Both the position numbers and the translations under genes were made by a program. Of a stretch of DNA of 64,000 nucleotides, positions 42,701 to 56,559 are shown one piece after another. How positions within the stretch are numbered: the stretch's first letter is position 1; every line of letters begins with the position of its first letter. The notes beneath the pieces were generated by a model. It was not told the origin of the DNA, did no database searches, and saw nothing but the letters and a program-made list of their open reading frames with translations. The stretch is from Eledone cirrhosa (taxonomy: Eukaryota): assembly GCA_964016885.1 (NCBI GenBank), contig OZ024741.1, positions 94,550,001-94,614,000 on the forward strand, in the 5' to 3' direction.

Positions 42701-44340
42701 TGGAAAAAATGTTGGCTTATTTAATTTTTTAGAATTGAGATTGGCTATATCCCTAGCTAGGTTAGGTGTGGTGGAGTAGGAGAGTCTTATTGTGTTCTTA
42801 TTAAAGATGATGTAGTACCTATGTTGTATGGGGAAGTGTGTGTTCAGCAAAGTGAAGGAAGTCCTGCTATTGAAGGAGGGGGCGTTGTACCAACTAATCT
42901 GCTTATGCTTATTCCTTCTAGGTAATCTAGCAGTGGTTTCTAGGTAAGTTATCTTTTCTTTAAATCCGCTGCGGGCGAGGGCGTCATTGTAGTAGGAGGC
43001 AGAGGCGTTAAATATATCTTCATTGGCGGAGAGGCCGGAGATTCTAATTGAGATGCTTTTTACTAAGTTATCTGTGATGTTTTGGGGGTGGCTAGAATTA
43101 ACATTAATATATCTAAGGGACTCGTTAAGTTTGTGGTACGGGTAATAGAGGGAAGTATCTAGGTTGAGAGTGACATCTAAAAAGTTGGCCCTAGTCATAT
43201 TAGATTCTATAGTTATACTAAATCCTAGATTACGGAAGAACGAGCTTAAGTTTCTCCGAAACCCATCAGTGGTTCTGGGTTTAACCTTGTGCAAGGCGAA
43301 GAGGCTATCGTCTCGGTATAAACCTCCTGTGAGGCCAGTAAAGAGGTTCTTCGGGTGATGTAAAATGTACAGGCCCACGAGGTCACTTATTTCAGTTGAA
43401 TCACTCGCTCCCATGCTGACGTTAAAGGGGGTCTGAGACTTCTTGTTGATCCAGTAAGATCCCTCGTGGTGTAGAAAGGTCTTACGGGCATGGAGGATTA
43501 CATCTTGCTCAGCGTCAGTTATGGTGGTAAAGTTCCTGGCAAAAGTAAGTGCGTCCTTCAGGAGGGGCTCGGAGATAGAAGCATAGTAGTCTTCTATGTC
43601 GAGTTTCAGGAAGCGAGTGTGGCATTTTTCGGGCAATTATTAGAACCAAGAAATTGCCTCAGATGTTCTGCTCCAGAGTGGAAGTGGTGAGGCAGCCCGC
43701 AATGATGGTAGAACTCTATCGAGCATCTTTTTGTTGATAGAGCCGATGTCCGAACGTGTGGGGTTGATAAGTCTGACTGATGGTTTGTTGAGGAAGTTTC
43801 CCTTGTGGTCCTTCAGGGTATACCCTTAAAGCTTCCGTTCGGTCGTGTATTTTAAGGGACTTGGCGATTTCTTTTCCGGCCGCATTTGTCTCAGTCAATG
43901 CCATCTAATTTACCTTTTTGTAGGTGGTCGTGATGGCATTTATTGCCAGCTTATTATAGGTCTGTGGGTCTACCTCATAAACGTTTTTGGTTTTATCGGA
44001 GGAGACATGGAGAATGGGGTTTTTTTATATTCCGCATTTCAGTATTTAAGTAGGCCTGGAATGGTGTGGAGGCTCTACGACATTTGATATCTTTGATCAT
44101 CTTGAAGAGGTCTTCCTCAAATGGTTCAAGTAAGCTGTTGGTGGGTGGCGCCTTATTCGTTTTGAAGCCCAACTTCTCATCATTGGTAGATGCTACATCA
44201 GGGTTGTCGAGGAAGAAGGCTCTCCATCTAATTCGTTTGATGAACTCGTCTGTACGTCTGATGAGTGTTTTTAGGTAAAGTTTCCTTGAAGAGATGGGGA
44301 TGTTCTTCATGGAGATATCAAGGTCGAGTTTGATCAGCAT
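42700..44340 (-). mobile_element. Penelope-like element ORF (Naiad-like RT), frameshifted and 3'-truncated
   Basis: SMKNIPIS...IKRIRWRAFF, LDIEDYYASI, VSMGASDSTEISDLVG, GLYRDD, NFLDVTLNL, YINVNSSHP, IFNKNTIRLSYS. Clade assignment is tentative. Confidence 0.9.
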
Positions 44341-44384
44341 AGTTTCTTGGTGATTGTTATGAGGGGCACTAGGAGTGCTAAAAG

Positions 44385-45443
44385 ATAAGTTATTCCGGGT
44401 TGAATCGGAGGTAACCACAGTAAGTAAGGTACTCAATACATAGCAGAGTATAAAAGTTTTAATATAGAAGAGCTTCTACAGGACTAGAACTGTTTTATTC
44501 GTGAGAAATCATCAGAGAGCTGGCTGTCCAAGTAAGTAGTGGTATTTATATCTTTTCTTTTCTGGTGGTAGGAGAGGGTGGGGATTGGGATGGGTGGAGG
44601 TCATTGGTTGAAGGATTTAAAGAAAAGGGAGTTCATTAAAAGCTAATTCTTTAAAGCTATAGTATTAACAAAGGCAGGAAGAATACTGTAAACAAAATCA
44701 TATTTGGAATACCAATCCTTGTTTATCACTTAAACTAACAATGCCTGTAAGACAGGTGTCTACGGAATGGGTGGGGTTCAATGGTTTAAAGAAAAGGGAA
44801 ATTCTTTAGAAGCTTTGTGTGTGCCTGCCTGTGTGTGCGTGTGTGTATGTGTGTGTACTGTGTAAGTGGGCGAGTGTGTGAATGTGCTTGTCGACACCTG
44901 GAATATATATTAAGAGAAACTTCACAATAAGGGGAATCACCCCAACATTTGAATCTGTTGATCGAACCCTCTCTACCTTTGTTACCTTTATTCCAGCCTT
45001 AAAGAATTAGATCTTCTAAAGAATTTCCCTTTTCTTTAAACCATTGAACCCCACCCATCCTGTAGACACCTGTTTTACGGGCATTGTTAGTTTAAGTGAT
45101 AAACAAGGATTGGTATTCCGAATAGGATTTTGTTTACAGTATTCTTCCTGCCTTTGTTACTACTATAGCTTTAAAGAATTAGCTTTTAATGAACTCCCTT
45201 TTCTTTAAATCCTTCAACCAATGACCTCCACCCATCCCAATCCCCACCCTCTCCTACAACCAGAAAAGAAAAAGATATAAATACCACTACTTACTTGGAC
45301 AGCCAGCTCCCTGATGATTTCTCACGAATGAAACAGTTCTAGTCCTGTAGAAGCTCTTCTATATTAAAACTTTTATACTCCGCTATGTATTGAGTACCTT
45401 ACTTACTGTGGTTACCTCCGATTCAACCCGGAATAACTTATCT
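44385..45443. repeat. Inverted pseudo-LTR pair of the PLE; HHRs at 44472-44520 (-, G12A) and 45306-45354 (+)
   Basis: 44385-44812 is the reverse complement of about 45015-45443; GCTCC-CTGATGA-TTTCTCACGAAT-GAAA-CAG...CTG-TA-GAAGC. Confidence 0.9.
45215..45305 (+). promoter_or_regulatory. Putative pLTR Pol II promoter (CCAAT boxes, TATA)
   Basis: CCAAT at 45218 and 45237; TATAAATA at 45276-45283, about 30 nt before HHR stem I; mirrored at about 44543-44550 upstream of the RT ORF. Confidence 0.55.
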
Positions 45444-45507
45444 CTCTCTATATATATATATATGTGTGCGTGTGTGTGTGTGTGTGTGTGTCTCTGTGTG
45501 TGTGTGT

Positions 45508-45580
<73 letters not shown>

Positions 45581-45589
45581 ATCTACTCC

Positions 45590-45735
45590 AAACTGGTACA
45601 TTTTTCATTGACCTCGAAAGGATGAAAGGCAAAATTAACCTTGACATGATATGGACTCAGAGAGAAAAGAAAGCCGGAACGAATGCCACAAAGTATTCTA
45701 TCCGACGTCAAAAGAGCTTTGCCAATTCGCCGCCT
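45590..45735 (-). mobile_element. Diverged SINE
   Basis: CTGGTAC...TTGACCTCGAAAGGATGAAAGGCAAAATTAACC family block. Confidence 0.7.
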
Positions 45736-46574
45736 TTTTACGTATGATACTAATGAAAAAAACTTAATCGAGTTGAACGCTTTAACGTTTTAAGCAATTG
45801 TCTTGATTCAGTGTATAAATCTTATCACATTCGTCAGTCAATTCATCTGAGTTATGTAATTGAATTTAATATATATACAGAAAATGACAACAAGACTTGC
45901 GGCCCAGTTGTTTGGTAGAGGATCGTACGTATAATGCACTAACGAAAATTTGAAGGGGTGATGTCATTTATTATTCAAGGACATTTTTTCACGTTGCGTG
46001 CTTGAATCATTTTTTCTTTTATTATTTGAACTTAAAATATGCTTAAAATACCTTTATTCGAAACAAATAGATATCTTTTTGTATTCAATCACTGGTTAAC
46101 TCTGTATATATGTGAGTGTGTGTGTGTTTTACTGATTTTTTTTTTTTCTTAAATTTAATAAGAATTCATTGCAAACAAAGCCGGAGTTACGTATACAAAA
46201 AGAAATACTATGACAATTTAGTCGAATGCCTGCCTCACTTTCTCATTGAATATTGATTTGCTTTTGTCATTAATTTCACATATAAAATTAAACGAGCAAA
46301 GACAGTTTAGTTCAAATGACTGAAACTTGGCGCTAGCAACACCAGTTTGTTCGATCACTATGGAAGCCTGCAGTTGTTTTTTTATTTTTTATATTTTGTT
46401 TGCTTCACTTTATATTTAGCTGCATTCTTTTACGTTGGGAATTTTGATCCCGTCAACGTCCCTTTTCGTTATCTTTGTTATGTCAACACAGACATTTTTT
46501 TGTATTTTTAATTCAAACATTAAATATATATATTGTAGTAAATATATGGTGATATCTTATGTTGTCTTTTGCTG

Positions 46575-47740
46575 TTGTTTTTTAATCACGTTATTGTGTT
46601 TAAAAAGCATCCGTTGAGGGCAGAATCCTGAAACACTCCTTTCAGTGGGTCCTGTCAGAAGCAGCTGTCTCCAATTATTCCGGCTGGATCCCCAAGTGGT
46701 ACCAGCTAAGTACATAGATGAAAGGGGATGAGTTCGCTCATCTGCATAGCCATAGTGGTGATGTTGTTTGGGGTATTTCACTGATGTACAGGTTGAAGAG
46801 TATGGAGAATAGAACTGATATTTGAGAAACTCCATTACGAAGGCCGCGCGCTCTGCTGGTCTGCCTGTCGCTGGTTTTCAGGAGAATGTTTCGGTTGGCT
46901 AGGATGCTGCAGATAAATCGCACCATGTGATGGTCAAGAATTGTTCTTAATGTCTTCAATGTCATTGGTCAACTTTACGATCTGATGTACTGTGTTCCGG
47001 TCACGGCGAAAACCCGCTTGCTCATCTGACAGTTGTGGGTTGACTATTGATTTGAGTCTGATTAGAATAAGCCACTCCAGAAGTTTGAAGGAGACGCACG
47101 AGAGGGAGATTGGTCTCTAGCTCTTTGGATCATCTATAGGTTTGTTTGGTTCTGGAAAGACAATGATAGTATTCTTTCGCCAGATCTTCGGTATGGTTTA
47201 CTTGATAAAGCTGCAAGAGTAGAACGCCATTCCTGGCATCTTGGGCCTCAATGTATCAAGAATTCCGGGGTGATGCTGTCGGGTACCTGGGCCATACCAT
47301 TCTTGAGTTGACCAATAGTAAAGCTAGCACATCATGTGAAAAGGGAGCAGACAGAAATTCATCCACACCTAGAACTTGCCACAAATGGGGGGGGGGGGCA
47401 CAAAGCTGGTGTAGTTCTTGTCTGTATTCTTGAACGGGTCATTTGAAAGGAGTTGTTCAGCAGCAGAGTTAGCCGATACAGGGCATGTTAGAGATTCAGG
47501 ACTTCTGCCAGTGAGGCATTTGAGTATGTTCCAGACAATCCTGCTGGAGTGGGAGAAATCTATCCTTTGAATCGTTTCCTCCCAACAATCTCGACGTTTC
47601 CTGTCGAGGTAGTTGATCAAGTCTGATGTCTTTGCGGATTCATCTTCCCCATGATCGGCGTAGGGATATAGCGTCTCCGTCAAGAGGTGCATGCTTCTCA
47701 TACTACTCGACTAAACATCCCTTACTCCACCTTAGCTATA
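46575..47740 (-). mobile_element. APE-type non-LTR retrotransposon RT fragment (RTEX/L2-like)
   Basis: WEETIQRIDFSHSSR, RPISLSCVSFKLLE, EQAGFR, NGVSQISVL...LFNLYIS, YGYADE; frameshifts and deletions. Confidence 0.8.
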
Positions 47741-47799
47741 CACACCACGTGTGACATCTATGGGATTTCTACCTTCGTCAGAAATACAACCGAGTGAAA

Positions 47800-48009
47800 A
47801 TATTGCAACCCAAATTGCAATATTAGGGGAATGTGAAAGTTGATTATATCGACCCCAGTACCTAACTGGTACTTTATTTTATTGACCCCAAAAGAAGGAG
47901 AGGCAAAGCTGAGCCCGGCGGGATTTGAATTCAAAACGTAAAGTGCCGTAACTATATGTCGCAAAGCATGTTATCCGACGCTCTACCGATACTGCTAATC
48001 CAACGCCCT
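47800..48009 (-). mobile_element. tRNA-derived SINE
   Basis: A/B boxes and family body on the minus strand. Confidence 0.82.
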
Positions 48010-48493
48010 ACTTACCTGATTAATAAGGATTCTAAAAAAAGACTAAAGTGAAAATGAACGGGTGCGCGAAAACGATCCCAAAGTATAACAATATCTGTTT
48101 CAATACCCGATTTCACATCAAGTATTTAAAAAAATCAAATACAAAAACGGCAAGCTGGTTTTTTGAAACCATGAGACCAAAAAAATAAGCAATTATTACG
48201 TTTGGGTCCCCCTGGAGTCGAATTTGTCTTTATAATGTGAACATAACCGCTTTAAATACTCTTATTTGAAACATCAAAATAACTTGTATTAAATCTCAAG
48301 TGAACTAAGTTTTTTGTTCTTCGTTTTGGTTTTGATTTCTTGTTTTGAAATATATTAAGAGATCGTGGATATGCTAATAGTGGTTTTCCTTCTCTGTCTC
48401 TTTCTTCAAATACACATGAAGAGGAATGTTTAGAGTTGGGGGTATATTTGAAGATATACACATCGCAAACATACAGAAGTACGAATACACACA

Positions 48494-48605
<112 letters not shown>

Positions 48606-48934
48606 GGTAACTCTTTAAAGATGTAATATACAGAATTACTTGGAGAATTCGAAATAGCTGCATATATATAAAAACATACCCTATTGCTGTGAAATTAAAT
48701 TCGTAGAAAATATCAAAGAATATTCAACGTGAAGCTTCTTCCTTTGAAACCATCACCAGGAATCAACAAAGAAAACACTGCAAATCTCCATCGAATTACA
48801 TGACACTGACTAAAAAAAAAAGAAAGAATACATTGGGTAATGACGTCGTCATAACTATACTAGCCTAGAAAACAAGATAATATGGTCGGCGCTGAAAAGC
48901 CGACATGGGATTAAACAACTTGTGCTGTATATAT

Positions 48935-49199
<265 letters not shown>

Positions 49200-49263
49200 A
49201 AAAATATCCGTAGATGTGAAAAAAGAAGAAGAGAAGAGAGCTGATATATTATATTATATTAGC

Positions 49264-49412
49264 TGTGCAGCAAAGAGTTACGACCCTTTATGGTCTGAGT
49301 TCAAATCCCGCTGAAGCTAACTTTGCCTTTCATCCTTACGTGGTCGATAAAATAAAGTACCAGTAATACACTGAGATAATTGCTGACCTTGTGCCAAAAG
49401 TAGAAACAATTA
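49264..49412 (+). mobile_element. SINE, 5'-truncated
   Basis: B box and family body. Confidence 0.85.
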
Positions 49413-49743
49413 TTTATTTATGTTCGCACACGGAACAAAAGCGCAACCTAAGGTTTCAAGGCTATATATATATATACCCGTTTCTTCCTTTTTCTTCTAT
49501 CTTTCCATTTCTTCTTATATTTCTCATTCTATTTTCTGATGAAGGAATAACGTCCAAAACGTTGAGGCTTTTTTTCCTACTATATCAAGCGTTAAACTAG
49601 TATATATCTTCATTGTACTGTATCGTTAACTGTGTTGTTTACGATTTAATTTTCGCATTTATATATATAGGAACGAGTAGGACCCTAAGTATTGAGTACT
49701 TTGGTGCGTTATAGTCCACCTGGTTCCTTACCACATTTCCTTC

Positions 49744-49797
<54 letters not shown>

Positions 49798-49802
49798 CAA
49801 AA

Positions 49803-50530
49803 GCTGGTGAACAGTGAACTATACTGATGAAGGGTAATCACCCATAAACATTAGTGTCTGCAGTTCCGTTTATATGCCAACACAAGAGCAAGAATGAGGG
49901 ACTCATTCTACTGACATGGCTTTAAAAAAATAAATAAAAAGAGGGTTGTTTGCATAATTGCAAACGAATAGAATATTATTATTAACATGCTTTGCAGGAT
50001 AGAGTTACGGCCCTTTCCATTCTGAGTTCAAATCCCGCCGAGGTTAACTTTTCCTTTCATCCTTACGGGGTCGATAAAATAAAGTACCAGTAATGTACTA
50101 GGTAATTGCTGGCCTTGTGCCTAAAGTAGAAACAATTATTAATATTCGAAAAACTCAGATTACATTTATTGTATTCAGCCATGTAGAGCGATAACTTTTT
50201 GTTGGTTATTTGAATATGGCAAAGCCGGCCATTAATCGCTCGTATACACGAAACTGACTGGCCAGTCTGTTGATATACAAATCTGGCTGATCAGTGGATC
50301 TGCTAATATGCAGATCTGACTGATCAGTCAGTCTGCTAATATGCAAATCAGGCCGATCAGTCACTGTATATTTTAGAAAATATCATATATTTTCCCTAGT
50401 TCTGACAGTTGGCAGGTGAACACTAAACTGCATTGATGAAGGGTATTACCCAGAAACATTAGTGTCTGCAGTTTTGTTTACATGCCAACACAAGATCAAG
50501 AATGGGGGACTCATTCTATTCACATGGATT
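49803..50530 (+). mobile_element. Retrozyme/pLTR-like tandem unit; HHRs at 49817-49865 and 50426-50473; SINE inserted at about 49987-50140
   Basis: Homologous to 28141-28745; each HHR carries a different single core change (G12U; C3U). Confidence 0.8.
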
Positions 50531-50532
50531 TG

Positions 50533-50580
<48 letters not shown>

Positions 50581-50746
50581 TCTGACCTCTATATGCATTC
50601 TACACACCAAATAAAACTAGTTAGCTATTTGTTTCTGCACCTTTTTATCTACCTATCTTTCCGTCTTTTCCAACTAACCATCTAACATCTTTCCCTTCAT
50701 ACATCATTTTCTTTTTTCTTTCTCATATATAATCTCTCTCTCTGTG

Positions 50747-50818
<72 letters not shown>

Positions 50819-51063
50819 CTTGCACACACACACACACACATATATATATATGTGTGTGTGGATGTGTATATGAGTAGGCCTGACTGACTGCATATGTACG
50901 CGCATGTATATGTAGGTGTGTGTATGTGTGGGTGTGCATATGTATGTGTATGTATATATTTATATATAAATATATATATATACGTGACTGTGTATGGATA
51001 GATATATGTATATATGTGGGTCCTTTACGTGTACGTGTGCGTATGTCTGTGTATGAATGTACC

Positions 51064-51102
<39 letters not shown>

Positions 51103-51444
51103 GCACAGATAAGTGTGCGATTAATGGGTCGGAATATCTGGATATGTGTGAGTACACGTGCATGTGGGTGTATATGTGTAGGGAGACTGGCAAGTCAGGG
51201 AAGAGCAAGAGAGTTCATAACACCTCCCCTACACACAGCAGTAATTTCTGGCGATGGGACTGGGGTGAGTGACAGCTCACGCCTGAATGGAAATGGTCAG
51301 TGGGCAGATTTAAATGGTTAAACACAAAGATGACGTCTCGAACTATCAACCAATCGAAGTGCCGCGCAAACAGGATGATGGCAGATGATAGAAATTCGAA
51401 GGGTCAGAGTCCAGCAGAAAGAGGATTTGCTTCGAAATCACTAG

Positions 51445-51537
51445 ACGTATCTGAGGAACTTGCGAATCCAGAGTCAGGTTCGATCCACAAACAGATCGCA
51501 CCTCGAGCTGTTCACCGGAGAAACAATTGTAATTCGT
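51445..51537 (+). ncRNA. Type I hammerhead with about 60-nt stem II
   Basis: ACGTAT-CTGAGGA-(62 nt incl. AGGT-CGATC/GATCG-ACCT hairpin)-GAAA-CAATTG-TA-ATTCGT, then AATAAA. Confidence 0.65.
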
Positions 51538-51576
51538 AATAAATTGTGTTCCAATGTATTACTGATTCTTCGTTTT

Positions 51577-51647
<71 letters not shown>

Positions 51648-51871
51648 GTAAATCTTAGTTTTTCGAATATTAATAATAATATTCGATTCGTTTGCAATTA
51701 TGCAAACAGCTTCTTAAGCAACGTGTGTAGAATAACCTCGTCATTTATGATCTTGTGTTGGCATATAAGCGAATCGAATATTATTATTGATATTCAAAAA
51801 ACTCAGATTTATATTTCTTGTATTTAGCCAAGTAGAGCGATAAAATTATTTGTTATATATATATATATATA

Positions 51872-52641
51872 CTAGCCGAATTACCCGCGCCTTGCTGCGT
51901 TTCACACATTTTTTTTTTTTTTAAGAAAATGATGAATGATTTTAAATCAGTGATATAATTTATGGAGAAAACTATCAGCAATCAAATGCTATTGTCTTTC
52001 TTCTTCAGAGTCATTTCTTCTTGCAACTATACGACGAAATCTATCTTGTTCCTGTCTTTCTTGTTGCTCACCAAAGGTTTCATTTTGCCGAGACTCTGTT
52101 TGCCTCTGTCTTTGCCTAGAAAGTCGTTCTTCCCTTGCATCACAGCTTTCAGATTAACGACGAAGCCTCATCCTTTTTGCATGTGGATTATTTGCATAAC
52201 TGGATTTTCTTTTCCGTGGCATAAGGGATATCTGAAAAAATGTCTAAATTAGCCAAATTTTACTATAAAAGAGAGCTGCTATTTTTGTTGATTTACGTTT
52301 AATTAATAGAAAAACCCGTGATAATAGAGGTTCCAATACTCAAGTTATGGGCTTCCAAAATTTTCACTATAGGGGGTTTAATTATTAGAGTGTCTTAATA
52401 TTATTGAAATTTGCTGAAATTTTGTGAATAGGGATCATATCTTGTCATTTACCTTTGATTTAAATTTCATATAAATCGAAGGGAAATTTTTTCAGCGGGG
52501 GTTTGTGCCCCCGGGGAACCCTTTGATTAAAATGAAATATACTTATCCAAGTACCCTGGGCAATGTAGTTTCAGAATGTATATGGTCTATTTCCAAAACC
52601 ATAGGAGGAGTTCGTGAACAAACAAACAGACAGGAACTACA

Positions 52642-52655
<14 letters not shown>
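51872..52655 (-). mobile_element. Non-autonomous Helitron (DINE-1/Lep1-like)
   Basis: Minus-strand 3' end ACGCAGCAAGGCGCGGGTAATTCGGCTAG; 5' end merges with (TA)n, followed by (GTTT/GTCT)n. Confidence 0.72.
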
Positions 52656-52719
<64 letters not shown>

Positions 52720-52753
52720 TTGTGAGGTTTTTTATATGAAATCGTGTGTCGAA

Positions 52754-53050
52754 ACAAATATTGTTATACTTGGGGGGGGGGGGGGTCATATTGTCGTAAT
52801 AATATTGCCAGAAATAATAACAGAACACACTTGATGATGTTGCAGATGTGCAACGAAAGAACTTTGTTAGACTATATATATGTATTTATGACCGTTGGTC
52901 AGTCAATGATAAACATTGAGGACCAAATGAATTCACTGTGGAGATATAAAAGATTCAGAAGCGAAAACCAACCAAACAGTGAGTGTGTTCTGTTATTATT
53001 TCTGGCAATATTATTACAACAATATGACCCTCCCCAAGTATAACAATATA
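52754..53050. mobile_element. Fold-back pLTR-like remnant with clipped hammerhead (52831-52870, +)
   Basis: 52757-52830 inverted against 52983-53049; TGATGA-T-GTTGCA/TGCAAC-GAAA; related fragment at 6168-6275. Confidence 0.6.
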
Positions 53051-53061
53051 TATATATATAT

Positions 53062-54900
53062 ATAAAATAACAGGTGGCTGGACTGGTGTAATTCCTTAAA
53101 TTTTTATTATACTATGAATATTTCAATGACCGGGTTCAGTATGAATCCGGTGACATCATCAGGTATTCCGAAATTTAACAAAGGAATATAATAGACACAA
53201 TCTTTGATATGTTCTTATTTACTTCCATTTTTACTCCCACAATTACCACCCTGGGTATGACTGCATTTTATTTATTTATTCATTCATTTTATTCTCCTTA
53301 TATACTAATCCTTGTACTTATCTGTTACCTAAAATTAGCACACGACACTAGAATATTACTTTCTGTACCGTTATATCTGTTTATCTTTAATTACTCCCCC
53401 TACCCACTCAGGACTCACACTGCATATAAATTCAAATAACCCGGGCTAACTTGGGATTGAATATAGTCTCTTTACCTATTTCATCAGATTTTGCTACTTT
53501 TAAACTTCACACCACGAGTGTGAATAACTAATAATCGTTTGGTAAACGCGATGAGCCGATGGATCTGACGTCCTTCTCGCTTGCACGCCCAGCGCTTGAG
53601 TCGATCAACCTAGAGTGCTTGGAAAAATAAATTTCCCCTTCTTTTGGTAAACGAAAATACTCGGAACGACTGTTACGCCCTTGGGCACTGGGCGGGCTTG
53701 GAATCCGCCGCGTCACCGGTTATTGACCGTCAAATTCTAAACTTAATCTTTAATCCTAACTTTAAATTCCGTCCTAAAAATTTATCATGAATATCAAAAG
53801 TATATTTAACTTTTACATAAATGCCTCCTTCTACTAGTTCTTTAACTAAATCCCCCACTAGTGTGAATAACTGATAATCGTTTGGTATATGCGATGATCA
53901 GCTGGCGGTGGCGGGCTTCCCGCTAGCACCCCCGGCGCTCGAGTCAGTTAACCTTCCTGGAGTGCTTGGAAAAATAAATTTCCCTTTCTTTCGGTAGACG
54001 AAAATACTCGGAACGGTTGACACACCATTGGGCCCTGGGTGGGCTGGGAGTCCGTCACGTCACTGGTTATTGACCGCCAAACGGTACTCTTAAACTTGGG
54101 CTTAATCTTACTTTTTTAATCTTAACTTTATATTCTACCCTGAAACTTTATTATGACTATCAAAAATACATTTAACCTTTTCATAAATGCTTCCTTCTGT
54201 AAATTCTTTAACTAAATCTCCCAACTTTAAACCTAAATCTTACTTTTCTAATCTTATCTTAAATTATATCTTTTAATTCTAAACATAAATTTTACATTTC
54301 TAATCTTTAATCGTAATTTCTGACTCTACATTAAAAAACCTACTGTACAATCGCCCACTATATATATATTTTTTTTAATATATTTCTTAGTACTTTTTAG
54401 CACTTCTGACTAACTTCTATGTAACCTGATCTCACCGCTAGCATCTGTCCATGACGAGGTGGTAGTAGTAGTATACACTATAAACTTACGGCCCCTGGCC
54501 AGAACGACAAGACAAGACTAAGCAGATTCCTCGCTTGAAGGCGGCCACCCGGACTAGCAACTGCTAAGTTTTGGCCGCCTTCTCGTCTTGGGCATCTCTC
54601 GCTGCTTTTCAGCCCCTTGGATTGTGTCTATTATATTCCTTTGTTAAATTTCGGAATACCTGATGTCACCGGATTCATACTGAACCCGGTCATTGAAATG
54701 TTCATAGTATAATAAACCTTTAAGGAGCCACACCAGTCTAGCCTCCTGTTATTTTATAATAATTAACTCCGTATTCGCACCATAAACAACACAAACAAAG
54801 AGGGGTGAGTTGCATTACGTCGAGTGCTCTCCCTAATATTACATCAAGGTTGACTATACGAAATGACCAGTTCTATCCAGTGGTGAACCAACAAACCTAA
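53062..54900. mobile_element. Non-coding PLE-like element with inverted HHR-bearing ends and ~345-bp internal duplication
   Basis: 53062-53202 inverted at 54620-54757; HHR ATAC-CTGATGA...GAAA-TATTCA-TA-GTAT at 53109-53166 (-), 3-nt-deleted copy at 54656-54710 (+); repeats 53517-53858 and 53859-54220. Confidence 0.78.
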
Positions 54901-54934
<34 letters not shown>

Positions 54935-54939
<5 letters not shown>

Positions 54940-55152
54940 AACAAGTAAGACCCCGACGGCTGAGCTCAAGCCGTTTCGACGGCTAATTCTGTACAGAATT
55001 TCGACGGCTAATTCTGTACAGAATTAGCCGTCGAAACGGCTTGAGCTCAGCCGTCGGGGTCTTACTTGTTCCTATTACCCACTCTACTACCCTAAGTATT
55101 GAGTACTTTGGTGCGTTATGGTCCACCTGGTTCCTTACCACATTTCCTTCGT
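54935..55152 (+). mobile_element. Perfect fold-back pLTR remnant containing hammerhead stems II and III
   Basis: GACGGCTAATTCTG/CAGAATTAGCCGTC-GAAA-CGGCT...AGCCG-TC-GGGGTC (55003-55061); tail also at 49682-49745. Confidence 0.75.
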
Positions 55153-55189
55153 TATATATTTATATATCTATATATATATATATATATAT

Positions 55190-55283
<94 letters not shown>

Positions 55284-55289
55284 AAGATG

Positions 55290-56440
55290 AATATAAAATG
55301 AAAGTGCTTTTATAAAGGAATTTATTAGGTATTGACATATGTTTCTGTAACAGACGGAATACCTATGTATCGCTGCTTGCGTAATCATATAATGTTAGCA
55401 AGTATTCGATAGCAGATGTATAATCAGTTGTCACTTTTTCAGAGATATTGGATAAATTGGAAAAAATCAGAAAAATTGAAGTATTTATATTAGTTGTAAG
55501 AAAGGAAGAAGAGAGGGGATAGTATATGACAGATGGCAATTCAATTTACTGGTAAACAAGTATATAAAAGGTTTTTAATGAGAATACAATGAGTATATGG
55601 CTTGTTTTATCTAAATAAGAATTTTTGGGAGTGCCTATTTTAATCTATACTTGACCAATTGAACAATGGACAGGGCTGGTCGTTTGGTGTAGTAGTATTA
55701 ATAGATATAAAGTGTCAATTAAAGAAGAGGGCGATTTTCACTGCTACTGTATAACAACAATGCTGGTAGCCTGCTGGTATATGCATTAGGGAATTGGATT
55801 AAGAAATCTCATTTTATCTATAGCAGTTTATATTAAATGGTAAAGAATAGAAGAGTTGATAGAATTAAGACTAATAGAGAATGTTAATATGTATTTTGAC
55901 AATCAAACGGAGATGGAGACAGGCGTTCAATCCTGGTAGTGTTTGTAATATGAAAATCTAGATTTCAAGCGATGGTTACAGTATAACGATCGCTCTATTC
56001 TGTTATGTAATAAAATATTTTTGGATTTCATAATACAAAATAATTCCATATTACACAATTTACAAAATTCCTGTCCGTGTTATATGCAGGGGCAATACTA
56101 TTATATCCCATTTTAGGTTAAATTGTTGGTTATTTTCGCGCAACTGCCAAGCCTTGTCTGCGATTGTTGTTACATAACGCTGGTTTTCATGTTTTATCGA
56201 GTAACGATGTCTATAAAGGCGAGATTTGAAGGAGGTAGCTGTAGACCCCACATAGTACCACTTCTGGCTATCCGATTCGATAGTACATTTGTATATGATG
56301 TTGCGTTCAAGACACTGCTTGTTCAACGGACACATTCCTGGTTGGACACAGTTACAGTTATAATTTTGCGTTGTTGTATTGGCATGGATGGGTTGATGAG
56401 GTTGCTTAGGTAGGACGGGATGTTGTTTGTTGTTGTTGCA
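55290..56440 (-). mobile_element. 5'-truncated PLE (Naiad-like GIY-YIG plus 3' UTR)
   Basis: CNC...CPLNKQCLERNIIYKC...YVGSTATSFKSRLYRH, frameshifted CKLC...CNH; 3' half of an HHR (GAAA-CATATG-TC) and AATAAA at 55321-55345. Confidence 0.8.
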
Positions 56441-56559
56441 TTCAAACAAATCTACACATTCTTCTCTTTCATTTCGTATAGCTGCCTCTTCCACATAGAC
56501 ACACGCGCATGCATACACGCACACGTATGTCAATACATACATACATACATACATACATA

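Noticed and set aside
48722-48763. Minus-strand ATTC-CTGGTGA...GAAT motif
   Set aside because: A6 changed and GAAA missing; unsupported.
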